Assembly: GCA_963832165.1 (NCBI GenBank)
Contig: CAWHTE010000007.1
Location: 704,001-768,000 of the forward strand
Reading direction: 5' to 3'
DNA: 64,000 bases
Source of the DNA: an uncultured delta proteobacterium
GTDB lineage: Bacteria; Myxococcota_A; UBA9160; SMWR01
Shown here piece after piece: positions 1 to 12,602 of the stretch. The translations under genes and the position numbers were made by a program. The stretch's first letter is position 1. Every line of letters starts with the position of its first letter. The notes under the pieces are model-generated. The model was not told the origin of the DNA. It saw nothing but the letters and a program-made list of their open reading frames with translations, and did not search any database.

Positions 1-127
1 CTGCGACCGCGACCTTACGCTTCGAGGCGAAGCAGGGTCAACCGACGCGCGACAGGCTCTCACACCCGGGCGCGAGACGTTCGTTAGGGATTCATTAGCT
101 AGGTGATCTAATCAATCGGCAGGCTGC

Positions 128-508
128 TCAGAGCATTCCGAGCTCGAGCTTCGCGGCTTCGGACATCATCCCGGGGTTCCAGGGGGGATCCCACACCAGG
201 TCGAGCACCACCGACGATACGCCCTCGACGCTGCGCGCTTTCGACTCCACCTCGGGCGGCAGCTCCTCGGCGGCTGGACACATCGGCGAGGTGAGCGTCA
301 TCTGGATCTGGACCGCGCCGCTGTCGTCGAGCTTCACCTTGTAGATCAGGCCGAGCTCGTAGATGTCGACGGGGATCTCGGGATCGAACACGGTCTTGAG
401 CTGCTGCACGATGCGGTCGCCCACCGCGCGCATGGCTGCGGGCGCCTCGACGATCGCGTCGAAGTCCGGGCTCTGGGTCTCTTTCTGCGGGGTCGTTTCG
501 TCACTCAT
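128..508 (-). CDS. sufT: SUF system Fe-S assembly protein SufT (DUF59/PaaD-like)
   Basis: C-terminal part of ORF 128..1021 from the ATG at 508. Contains LKTVFDPEIPVDIYELGLIY, MTLTSPMCP and VWDPPWNPGMMSEAAKLELG. Last gene of the suf operon. Confidence 0.9.
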   Translation of the reverse strand: MSDETTPQKETQSPDFDAIVEAPAAMRAVGDRIVQQLKTVFDPEIPVDIYELGLIYKVKLDDSGAVQIQMTLTSPMCPAAEELPPEVESKARSVEGVSSVVLDLVWDPPWNPGMMSEAAKLELGML

Positions 509-513
509 TGCGA

Positions 514-2187
<1,674 letters not shown>

Positions 2188-2191
<4 letters not shown>

Positions 2192-3516
2192 GCTGCCTCC
2201 TCACGGGCGCGGCGCAGACACGCGACTACCGCATCGTCCAGCCCCTCGGCAAGCGCGCGCGCGGGCAGGCGCTCGAGCACCTCGAGCGCGAACCCGCGCA
2301 GCAGGAGGTCGCGCGCGCGCTGTTCGGGGATTCCGCGCGAGCGCAGGTAGAACAGCGCGTTCTCGTCGAGCCGCCCGATCGTCGAGCCGTGGCTGCATTT
2401 CACGTCGTCGGCGTAGATTTCGAGCTGGGGCTTGGTGTCGATCTCGGCGCGCGCGCCCAGGAGCAGGTTCGGGTTCGACTGCGAGGCGGAGGTCTTCTGC
2501 GCGTCGGGTCGCACGATCACGCGGCCGCGGAACACGCCGCGCGCCGCGCCGCCGAGCGCGCCCTTGTAGAGCTCCCGGCTCGTGCCGTGCGGTACCGCGT
2601 GATCCACTTCGGTGTGGTTGTCGAGCACGCTGTTGCCGCCGCCGACGAACAGACCGTCGAGAGTGCACTGCGCGCCCTCGCCCGCGAGGAGCACACCCGC
2701 GTCGTTGCGCACGAGCCGGCCGCCCAGCGTGATCGTGTGCGCGCTGAAAGTACTGTCGCGTTCCTGGCGCACCGAGAGGTTCGAGACGTGGAAGTGCGCA
2801 TCGCCCTCGCGCTGCAGCAGCACCCAGTGGACGGTCGCGTTCGCTCCCACGTGGATCTCGGTCACTGCATTGGTGAAGCCGGGACCCTCGCCCACGCTCA
2901 CGTGATCCTGGACGATCGTCACGCGGCTGCCCGCCTCCGCCACGACCACGACGCGCGGATGGGCCATGTGCGGCTGCGCGCCGCCGACGCTCGCAAACAC
3001 CAGATGCAGCGGCTGTTCGAAGGCGACGCCGCGCGGCGCGCGCACGACCGCGCCGTCGCTCGCGAACGCCGAGTTGAGCGCGGCGAACGGGTGCAGCTTG
3101 ATGTCGACGTAGTGATCGAGACGCGCCTCGATCGGGCTCGTGCCGTCCGCGAGCAGCGCGGCCAGGCTGTCGCAGCGCGCTCCGCCGGGCAGGCCCGGTG
3201 CCGAGGACAGCGCGGGCAACGCGCGGCCGTTCGAGAACGCGTACAGGCTGCACGCGAACAGCGGCGTCGCGAGCTCCTCGAGATCGGCGCGCTCGATGCG
3301 CGCGGGCTCTGCGAGCGAGAACGGCAGCGCTGCGAGCGGAGCGAGGCTCGTGTAGCGCCACTCTTCCTCGCGCGTGCTCGGTAGCCCGCGCTCTGCGAAC
3401 GCAGCGATCGCGTCGCGTCGGTGCGCCGCGAGCCAGGCCGGCTCTCCGCGGCGCGTTTCCGCGAACGCGCGGTGCTCGGCCACGAAGCGGTCGCGCGCGG
3501 TCTCGAGCGCGCTCAT
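2188..3516 (-). CDS. sufD: Fe-S cluster assembly protein SufD
   Basis: EEWRYT, AQKT, TKPQLEIYADDVKCSHGSTIG and LFYLRSRGI; position in the operon. Confidence 0.95.
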
Positions 3517-4273
3517 CGCGCCGTTCCCTCGACCCAGCCGTAGCCCTTGTCCTCGAGCTCGAGCGCGAGCTCCTTGCCCCCGCTCTTCACGATCCGACCG
3601 CCCGCCAACACGTGCACCGCGTCGGGCACGATGTAGTCGAGCAGGCGCTGGTAGTGCGTGATCACGAGCATCGACCGCTCGGGATGGCGCAGCGCGTTGA
3701 CGCCGTCCGCGACGACCCTCAGCGCGTCGATGTCGAGCCCCGAGTCGGTCTCGTCGAGCACCGCGAACTTCGGCTCCAGGATCGCCATCTGGAGGATCTC
3801 ATTGCGCTTCTTCTCGCCGCCCGAGAACCCTTCGTTGACCGAGCGCTGCATGAGCTTCTCGTCCATCTCGACGAGCTTCATCTTCTCGCGTGCGAGCGCG
3901 AGGAAGTCGATCGCGTCGAGCTCCGGCTCTCCGCGGTGGCTGCGCACCGCGTTGAGCGCGGCCTTGAGGAAGTACATGTTCGCGACGCCCGGAATCTCGA
4001 CGGGGTACTGGAAGGCCAGGAAGATTCCCTCGCGCGCGCGCTCCTCGGCCGACAGCGCGAGCAGGTCGCGGCCCTCGTAGCGCACCGATCCGCGCGTGAC
4101 CTCCACCGAGGGACGACCCGCGAGCACGTTGGCGAGCGTGCTCTTGCCCGATCCGTTCGGGCCCATGATCGCGTGCACCTGGCCGGGCGGAATGACGAGG
4201 TCCACTCCCTTGAGGATCTCGGCACCGCCGGCAGTCGCGTGCACGTCCGAAAGCTCGAGCATCGGCGTCCCCA

Positions 4274-4274
<1 letters not shown>
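3513..4274 (-). CDS. sufC: Fe-S cluster assembly ATPase SufC
   Basis: Starts MGTPMLELSDV. Walker A GPNGSGKST, FLAFQYPVEIPGV, signature FSGGEKKRNE, LDETDSGLDIDAL, ITHYQRLL. Confidence 0.96.
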
Positions 4275-5734
<1,460 letters not shown>

Positions 5735-5747
5735 GGGGGTTCCTTGG

Positions 5748-6224
5748 TTAGGTCAGCGGTCGCGTGTCGAGGCCGGTCGTATCCACGCCGAGGCTCGCGA
5801 GCGGGACGAGCGAGCCGGGTGCGTCGAGCGCGGCGAGATCGGCCAGGCGGATCCGCGAGAGCGCGTCGTGCACCGCCCGATTGATCCGCTGCCATGGCGT
5901 GCGCACGTGGCAGCGCGGCTCCTGTGAGCACGCGCCCTCGTGCAGGTTGCAGTCAGTGAGCGCGATCGGGCCCTCGAGCGCCGCGATCATGTCGGGCACC
6001 GTGATGCTCTCGGCGGGGCGCGCGAGCCGATAGCCGCCCTTCGCGCCGCGCGCCGACGCGAGCAGACCTTCGCGCGCGAGCGCCTTGAGCAGCTTGCTCA
6101 CCGCGGGTAGCGGGAGCTGGGTCTCGGCGGCGATGTCGCGCGCTGCGTGCGGGCCCTCCCCGGCGCTCGCGAGGTGCGCCATCAGCACGATGCCGTAGTC
6201 GGTGAGTCTGCCCAGGCGGATCAT
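5748..6224 (-). CDS. Rrf2-family SUF system transcriptional regulator
   Basis: [28 protein letters not shown] and [10 protein letters not shown]6-C-x5-C (three Fe-S Cys). First gene of the suf operon. Confidence 0.9.
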   Translation of the reverse strand: MIRLGRLTDYGIVLMAHLASAGEGPHAARDIAAETQLPLPAVSKLLKALAREGLLASARGAKGGYRLARPAESITVPDMIAALEGPIALTDCNLHEGACSQEPRCHVRTPWQRINRAVHDALSRIRLADLAALDAPGSLVPLASLGVDTTGLDTRPLT

Positions 6225-6257
6225 GGCTGTGCTCCGTACGTCCTCTTGCACGATAAG

Positions 6258-6297
6258 GGACCGAACCGGTCCTGTAAATATCGGACCGCTGAGGTCC
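6258..6297. promoter_or_regulatory. Tandem palindromic operator GGACC-N5-GGTCC (two copies) upstream of the suf operon
   Basis: GGACCgaaccGGTCC at 6258-6272 and GGACCgctgaGGTCC at 6283-6297, 25 bp apart, within 75 bp of the Rrf2 start codon. Confidence 0.65.
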
Positions 6298-6351
6298 CCT
6301 ATGGACTCCGAAGTGGCACGTTGATGGAATTACCCTGTGTTTTCAGTGCCT

Positions 6352-7593
6352 TCAGCCGCCGGATGCGATCAGCGACCCCAGCGCGGGAAGGCCATCGCGC
6401 GGCCAGTCGAGCGGGGGGCTCTGGAGCTCTCCCGGGCTGCAGACCCGCGAGGCGCCCAGCGCGCGGAGCCCGGCTTCGACCCCGGGCTGGGCGCGGCCGA
6501 AACCCGCAACCGCGACGCCGGCGAGGTGCGCCGCGAGCGGCCCGAGCGCGTGGCCGAGCTGCTCGGGTGCAGGGAGCGGGTGCACGCGGACGAAGCGGTG
6601 CAGCGGAGCCGGACGCAGCGCCGCTTCGGACTCGCAGACGACCGCCCAGCTCGCGTCGCGCGCAGCGTGCACGGTCACCTGCGAGCCCGCGGCCGCGCGC
6701 AGCTCGGCGCCCGCGAGCTCGTGGGCGAACAGCGCGGCCGCACCCGCGTCGACCGCGCCGCGCGGCAGCGCGCGACCGACTGCGTCGAGCTCGCGCGCGA
6801 GCGCGTCTGCGACGCGCCGACACGAGCTGGTGTCGCCTGCGACGTAGACCGCGATCGGCGATAGACAGCCCAGCTGATCCCAGAGCGCCGTGTCGAGCGC
6901 GATGCCGCGCGCGGCGGCGTCGAGTGCGCCGCCGTCGCAGGACTCCGGGCCGAGCAGCGCGAGCGAGAGCCGGTGCCCGTGGCGCAGCAGCGCCTGGTGC
7001 GGGCGCATCCGCTCAGCGACCGCAGCGATCGTCGCGTCGGAGCCCGTCGCGAGTACGCAGCTCGCGCCCAGGAAGGCCTCCATGCACGCCGCATCCGTAC
7101 CCGCGAATCCGACCACCTCCACGCAGCGGCCAAGCTCGGGATCGATCGCCGCGATCGAGCGCGCGACGAGCGGCGCGGTGATCCGGTCCCGCGCGGCGGT
7201 CTTCACGAGCACGGGTGAGCGCAGCGCGAGCGGCGCGATCACTGAGAGCAGCGCCGGCATCGGAATCGAGCCCGCGAGCAGCACCGAGGTCACGTCGTAC
7301 CCGCGCGCGAGCTCTCCACTGCGCGCGAGCTCGCGCTCGGCGAGCGCGCGCAGCGCGTCGCCGGTCCAGGGTGCGAGCCCACGCGCGAGCCCCTCGAGCA
7401 CGTTCTGCGGCGAGAAGCCGGTCGCTGCGGGCAGCTCGCGTTCGAGCGCGCTCCGCTCGGGCCCTTCGCGATCGCGCCAGCGCTCGAGCACGGCGGCGAG
7501 CGCGTCGATCACTGCGCGCGCGGGCCGCCGCCGCAGCTCTTCGCCAGCCGCGCGCAGCGCCGCGAGGCGCGCGCGCAGCGCGTCGGGTGTCAC
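6352..7593 (-). CDS. LuxC-like acyl-protein/acyl-CoA reductase
   Basis: From the GTG at 7593, which overlaps the upstream stop (GTGA). ALDH-fold LuxC motifs LAGSIP, PVLVKTA, ATGSDATI, HGHRLS and DTALWDQLGCLSP (catalytic Cys). Confidence 0.85.
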   Translation of the reverse strand: MTPDALRARLAALRAAGEELRRRPARAVIDALAAVLERWRDREGPERSALERELPAATGFSPQNVLEGLARGLAPWTGDALRALAERELARSGELARGYDVTSVLLAGSIPMPALLSVIAPLALRSPVLVKTAARDRITAPLVARSIAAIDPELGRCVEVVGFAGTDAACMEAFLGASCVLATGSDATIAAVAERMRPHQALLRHGHRLSLALLGPESCDGGALDAAARGIALDTALWDQLGCLSPIAVYVAGDTSSCRRVADALARELDAVGRALPRGAVDAGAAALFAHELAGAELRAAAGSQVTVHAARDASWAVVCESEAALRPAPLHRFVRVHPLPAPEQLGHALGPLAAHLAGVAVAGFGRAQPGVEAGLRALGASRVCSPGELQSPPLDWPRDGLPALGSLIASGG

Positions 7594-8711
7594 GGCCCCG
7601 CGTCCGCGAGCAGCGCGTCGGCGCCGATCGAGCAGCCGCGCTCCTCGGCGTCGGCGTCGCGGCCGATCACCTCGAAGCCGTCGCCGATCGCGCAGCCGAG
7701 ATCGGCCGTCTCGAGCGCACACACGCTGCCCGTGTTCGCGAGGTCGTGCACCGCGATGCGGCCGCGCGCGCCCGGTGCGACCTCCTCGCCGCTGATCGGA
7801 TCCAGGATCCGCACGCGCGTCCACGGCGGCGCGATTTTGCGGCGCGGCGCAGCCGGCTCGCGCAGCAGCGAGTCGTAGAACTGGCTGCCGAGCTCGGTCA
7901 TCCCGTATTGATTGACGATGCGCGCGGGCGGCACACCGAGGCGGTCCTCGATCCAGCCGTAGAGCTCGGCGCGCGGCAGGCTGCGCGAGCGCCCCTTGAA
8001 CCCGCCCGTCTCCATCACGCGCGCAGCGCGCGGCAACGCGAAGCGGATGGCGCGGCGCTCGAGCTCCTCGAGCAGGTGCACGAACGCGAACGCGGTGCCG
8101 CCGACGAACACGGCTCGATCCGCGCGCGACGCCGCTTCGAGCTCGCGCAGCGCGCGCGGCACGTCGAGCCCGCCGCTCTCGATCCAGTGGCTGCTCTCCG
8201 GGCTTCCGGCCTCCCGCATCGCGATGTCGAACATGTGCGAGAGCGAGGAGTCGCTCGCCTCGCGCGCGCTCGGCGCGAGAACGTGGAACGGAATCCGCTC
8301 GCGCGGCGCGAGGTCGGGCAGCAAGGCGCGCGCGAACGATGCGAACAGCGACGCCTCGTAGACCGCGAGCGTATCGAGCAGCAGCGCGCCGCGCTGCGCG
8401 TGCGCGGTAGTGCCGCTGGTGCGGAACACGAACGCGGCGCGCTCGCGTTCGAAGCTCGTGAGCGAGAGCTCCTTGAATGCGCCGGTCGGGACGGCGGGCA
8501 CGTCCTGCCAGCGGCGCACGACCGCGGGCGTGCGCCCGCGCGCTTCGCAGAAGCGGCGATAGGGTGCGCAGCGCTCGAACTGGAACGCGAACAGCGCGAG
8601 CGCGAGATCCTCGAAGCGCGCGTCGTCGCCGCGCCACGACGTCTCGCGGGTCCACGCGATCACGGCCGCATCGAGCTCTGCGCGCGCGGGGTCGGGTCCG
8701 GCGACGCTCAT
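7590..8711 (-). CDS. LuxE-like acyl-protein synthetase
   Basis: From the ATG at 8711. FAFQFERCAPYRRFC, FRTSGTT, GTAFAF, METGGFKGR, YGMTELGSQFY, DLANTGS and EERGCS (acylated Cys). Confidence 0.88.
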   Translation of the reverse strand: MSVAGPDPARAELDAAVIAWTRETSWRGDDARFEDLALALFAFQFERCAPYRRFCEARGRTPAVVRRWQDVPAVPTGAFKELSLTSFERERAAFVFRTSGTTAHAQRGALLLDTLAVYEASLFASFARALLPDLAPRERIPFHVLAPSAREASDSSLSHMFDIAMREAGSPESSHWIESGGLDVPRALRELEAASRADRAVFVGGTAFAFVHLLEELERRAIRFALPRAARVMETGGFKGRSRSLPRAELYGWIEDRLGVPPARIVNQYGMTELGSQFYDSLLREPAAPRRKIAPPWTRVRILDPISGEEVAPGARGRIAVHDLANTGSVCALETADLGCAIGDGFEVIGRDADAEERGCSIGADALLADAGP

Positions 8712-9981
8712 CGCAGCTCGTCCACGAGCGCGTCGAGCGCGAAATCGAGCGCTTCGCGGCCGATCGAGAGCGGCGGCGAGAGCGCGATCACGCGCGCGTC
8801 GTCGCCGGCCGGCAGCGCGATCACGCCGCGCGCGAGCAGGCCGCCGAGTGCGCTGCGCACCACTTCGGGCCCGCTGCACTCCACGCCCAGCAACAGCCCG
8901 CGGCCGCGCACCTCGGTAACCCTCGCGAGGTCGGCGGTGGCGCCGCGAAGCCGCGAGAGCACCTGCGCCCCGACCTCTGCAGCGCGCTCGACGAGCTTCT
9001 CCTCCTCCAGCACGGCGAGCGACGCGAGCGCAGCTGCGCACGCGGGCGGATGTCCGAGGAAGGTCTGGGTGTGGAGCGCTTCCCCGCGCGAGGGCGGCCA
9101 GGCATCCATCACCTCGGCGCGCCCGATGCACGCGGAGATCGGCATGCCCGAGGAGAGGCCCTTGCCCACGCACAGCAGGTCGGGCCGCACTCCCTCGTGT
9201 TCGCACGCGAACCACGCGCCCGTGCGCCCGAAGCCCGTGTAGACCTCGTCGGCGACGAGCAGCCATCCCTCGGCGTCGCACACGCGGCGCAGCTCCGCGA
9301 GAAAGCCCGCGGGCGGGACGCGCTCTCCCCCGCGGCCCTGGATCGGCTCGACGATCACCGCGCCGACGGCGCGTTCCACACGCGGCCGCCGCGCGGCGCA
9401 CGTCGGCGGCATCCCCAAAGTGCGCAAACGCGGTCGCGTGCGCGAGCCGTGCCGCGAACGGCGCGCGGAACTCGTCGCGGTGCGTTGCATCGAGCGCTCC
9501 GATCGCGAGCCCGTGATAGGCGCCCTCGAACGCGACGACTCCCGTGCGCCCGGTCGCGAGTGCCGCGGTCTTCAGCGCGATCTCGACCGCATCGCTGCCC
9601 GACGATCCGAGCACTGCGCGCGCGGGACCTCCGCCCGGAAAGCGCCGCGCGAGCGCCTCGAGCAACTCCACCTTGACCGGTGACGGATGGACGTCGCCCA
9701 TCGCGTGCATGAGCGTGGCCGCCTGCTCCGCCACGGCGCCCACCACGCGCGGATGCGCGTGGCCGACGTTCGCGACCCCGAACGCCGCGCCGAGGTCGAC
9801 ATAGCGGTTGCCGTCGACGTCCCAGACGTTCGCGCCGAACGCGCGCTGCCAGAAGATCGGCTCGGGGTCGAGGCAGGTGACGTTGCGCGACTCCACGAGC
9901 GCGAGGCGCCTCGCGAGCTCGCGCGAGCGCGGGCCGGGGACGCGCGTGTGAAGCGCGGGCAATATCGGTGTGGGGGGCCAC
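8708..9981 (-). CDS. Class III (GabT/ArgD-like) PLP aminotransferase; +1 insertion at ~9370, start uncertain
   Basis: N-terminal part: WDVDGNRYVD, GHAHP, SGSDAVEIALK, FEGAYHG. C-terminal part: EPIQGRGG, ADEVYTGFGRTG, DLLCVGKGL. Start is either TTG 9962 or GTG 9981 if the 6-base homopolymer carries one extra base. Confidence 0.85.
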
Positions 9982-10010
9982 GCGCGGCAGTGTAGCTGTA
10001 AGATCGCGTC

Positions 10011-10560
10011 GTGACGGCGAATCCCACACCGGCGGCCGAGCGCGCGCGGGCGGGCGAGCACACCGCCTACGTCGCGCTCGGATCCAATCTCGGCGAACGC
10101 GAACACCACCTCGCGGCCGCGCTCGCAGCGCTGCGCGCGCTGCGCGGGGTTCGCGACGTCGCGTCTTCGCGCATCTACGAGACCGATCCGGTCGGGCCGG
10201 GCGAACAGCGGCCCTATCTGAACGCGGTCGCGCGTCTGCACACGCACCTCGCACCGCGCGAGCTGCTCGAGCGGTTGCTCGCGATCGAGCGCAGTGAAGG
10301 TCGCGAGCGCGGCGCCGGTGCGCAACGCACCGCGCACGCTCGACCTCGACCTGCTGCTCTACGACGATTGCGAGCTCAGTGAGTCGGACCTCGTCGTTCC
10401 GCATCCGCGCATGACGCAGCGCCCGTTCGTACTCGAGCCGCTCTGCGAGCTCGCACCCGATCTCGTGATCCCGGGCCTGGGTGCGCGGGTCTCCGCGCTC
10501 GCCGAGGCGGTTCGCGACCCGGACGCGGTGCGCGTGCGCGAGACTCGAGTCGGGAGGTAG
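10011..10560 (+). CDS. folK: 6-hydroxymethyl-7,8-dihydropterin pyrophosphokinase FolK; +1 insertion at ~10316
   Basis: [17 protein letters not shown] and YLNAV in one frame; [11 protein letters not shown] and [15 protein letters not shown] in the next. Confidence 0.92.
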
Positions 10561-10562
10561 TG

Positions 10563-10865
10563 ATGGCGATCGCGGCGGTCAGCATCTCGCCGGTCGGTGT
10601 CGGGACCAGCGTCTCCCGGTACGTGGCGGCTGCGCTCGAGGTCGTGCGCGCACAGGACCGCGTTCGCTACCGGCTCGATCCGATGTTCACCACGCTCGAA
10701 GGTGAGCTCGGCGACATCTACGCGCTCGTCCATGCGATGCAGGAGGCGGTGTTCACCGCGGGCGCCGAGCGCGTGGGTACCGTGATCAAGATCGACGACC
10801 GGCGCGATCGCACAGTGCGCATGGAAGACAAGATTTCCTCCGTCGAGCAGCTGCTCGGAGACTGA
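10563..10865 (+). CDS. MTH1187/YkoF-like thiamine-binding family protein
   Basis: ISPVG-x2-TSVSRYVA, PMFTTLEG, IKIDDRRD and KISSVE; about 100 aa. Confidence 0.85.
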   Translation: MAIAAVSISPVGVGTSVSRYVAAALEVVRAQDRVRYRLDPMFTTLEGELGDIYALVHAMQEAVFTAGAERVGTVIKIDDRRDRTVRMEDKISSVEQLLGD

Positions 10866-10871
10866 GCCCGC

Positions 10872-12527
10872 TTGCGCCTAGCCTCTCCGCTTATGCTGCT
10901 CGCGACTCTGATCGCGACCGGGGCGGTCTATGCGCAGGTCGCGCGCTTCGAGTTCGTGAGCTGGGACGACCCGCTCTACGTGACGTCCAACGCGCAGGTG
11001 CAGGGTGGCCTGTCGGCAGCGGGCGCGGCCTGGGCGCTGACCTCGCGAGCGGACAGCAACTGGCTCCCGCTGACCTGGCTCTCGCACATGCTCGACGTGG
11101 AGCTGTTCGGCATGTGGGCCGGCGGCCACCACATCACCAACCTGTTGCTCCACGCGATCGACACCGCGCTCTTGTTCGCGCTGTTGCTTGCGGCGACGCG
11201 CGAGCGCTTCGCGAGCGCATTCGTGGCGGCGCTGTTCGCGCTCCACCCGCTCCACGTCGAAGTCGTGGCGTGGGTCTCCCAGCGCAAGGAGCTGCTCTCG
11301 ACCGGCTTCGGGTTGCTCTCGGCGCTCGCCTACGTCGCCTGGACCCGGCACGGCGGAGCCGCGCGCTATGCGGGGTGCGTGATCGCGTTCGCCGCGGCGC
11401 TCGCCTCCAAGTCGATGCTCGTGACGCTGCCGTTCGCGCTGCTGCTGTTCGATTACTGGCCACTCCGCCGCACGCGCTTCGGCGCGCGGGACGCGCAGTC
11501 GACCTCGCCCGCGCTGGCACGGCTGCTGCTCGAGAAGCTGCCGCTGTTCGCGCTGTCGTTCGCGGCGAGCGCGTCCGCGTTCGCTGCACAGCACATCGCG
11601 CGCAGTCACGCGCCGGACGTGCCGCTCGCGCTGCGGCTCGCGCACGCGGCGGTCGCACCGTTCCGCTATCTCGGGCTCGCACTGTGGCCCAGCGATCTGT
11701 CGGTGCTCTATCCGCATCCGTACGCGCCCGAGCTCGGCGGAGAGCCGTGGTCGCACGCGACCGTGGCGGCCGCGGTCGTCGCGCTGGTCGCGATCACCGC
11801 GGGCGTGCTCGCCGCGCGGCGGCGTCCCTACCTCGCGGTCGGCTGGCTCTGGTTCCTCGGCACGCTCGTTCCTGTGATCGGCCTGGTGCAGATCGGGCCG
11901 CAGGGGCTCGCCGATCGCTACACCTACGTGCCGCTGATCGGGCCGTTCATCGCGCTCGCGTGGGGCGCGCGCGACCTGATCGCCGCGCTGCGCGCGCGTT
12001 GGCGCTCCGCGCCGCAGATCGCCGCATCGGCGCTCGCGGCGGTCGCGCTCGCCGCGTCCGGCGCTGCGAGTCACGCGCGCGCGCGCGTCTGGCACGACTC
12101 CGAGAGCCTCTACCGCGCCTCGCTGGCCGCGACGCCGAGCAACCCGGTGCTGCTCTACAACCTCGGCGTCGCCCAGGCGCAGCAGGGCCGGGTCGAGGAC
12201 GCCGTTCGCAGCTACGAAGCGGCGCTCGCGATCGACCCGGGGCATCCGGCCGCCAACACCAACCTCGGAAACATCCGGCTGCGCGCGGGGCAACCCGAGC
12301 GGGCGATCGAGCATTACCGCGCGGCACTGCGCCGGGACCCCGACGACGTCGAGACGCTCCAGAACCTCAGCCGCGTGCTCGCGTGGCGTGGGGAGGTCGC
12401 CGAGGCGCTCGCGCAGCTGGAGCGGGCGGTCCAGCTCGCTCCGGAGAATCCCAGCGTGCGCCGCGACCTGGATGCGGTCCGAGCGGCACTCCCAGGAGGA
12501 GCCGGGAACCCCGAGGCCATTCATTAG
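10872..12527 (+). CDS. TMTC-like multi-pass membrane protein (GT-C-type glycosyltransferase candidate) with C-terminal TPRs
   Basis: FVSWDDPLYV loop, LFALHPLHVEVVAWVSQRKELL, ADRYTYVP, then about four TPR repeats (YNLGVA.., NLGNI.., NLSRVL..). Confidence 0.78.
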   Translation: MRLASPLMLLATLIATGAVYAQVARFEFVSWDDPLYVTSNAQVQGGLSAAGAAWALTSRADSNWLPLTWLSHMLDVELFGMWAGGHHITNLLLHAIDTALLFALLLAATRERFASAFVAALFALHPLHVEVVAWVSQRKELLSTGFGLLSALAYVAWTRHGGAARYAGCVIAFAAALASKSMLVTLPFALLLFDYWPLRRTRFGARDAQSTSPALARLLLEKLPLFALSFAASASAFAAQHIARSHAPDVPLALRLAHAAVAPFRYLGLALWPSDLSVLYPHPYAPELGGEPWSHATVAAAVVALVAITAGVLAARRRPYLAVGWLWFLGTLVPVIGLVQIGPQGLADRYTYVPLIGPFIALAWGARDLIAALRARWRSAPQIAASALAAVALAASGAASHARARVWHDSESLYRASLAATPSNPVLLYNLGVAQAQQGRVEDAVRSYEAALAIDPGHPAANTNLGNIRLRAGQPERAIEHYRAALRRDPDDVETLQNLSRVLAWRGEVAEALAQLERAVQLAPENPSVRRDLDAVRAALPGGAGNPEAIH

Positions 12528-12602
12528 CCCTGTATATCAGTCGGGATTTGTTGAAATAGTCTCGAGTTCCGGTACGGTTTCTCCGATCCCAGCTGGGACC
12601 CA

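Noticed and set aside
6314..6329. sigma54 promoter (TGGCACG...)
   Set aside because: The -12 TTGC element is missing, and it points away from the suf operon into the 3' end of the luxC-like gene.
6352..8711. Bioluminescence (lux) operon
   Set aside because: No luxA/luxB or luxD is adjacent. The two LLM genes are 16 and 33 kb away and resemble F420-type subfamilies.
7590..10337. 915-aa ORF that looks like an aminotransferase-LuxE fusion
   Set aside because: Artefact of the +1 insertion at ~9370. The aminotransferase C-terminal half is in another frame ending at 8708, and LuxE has its own overlapping ATG at 8711.
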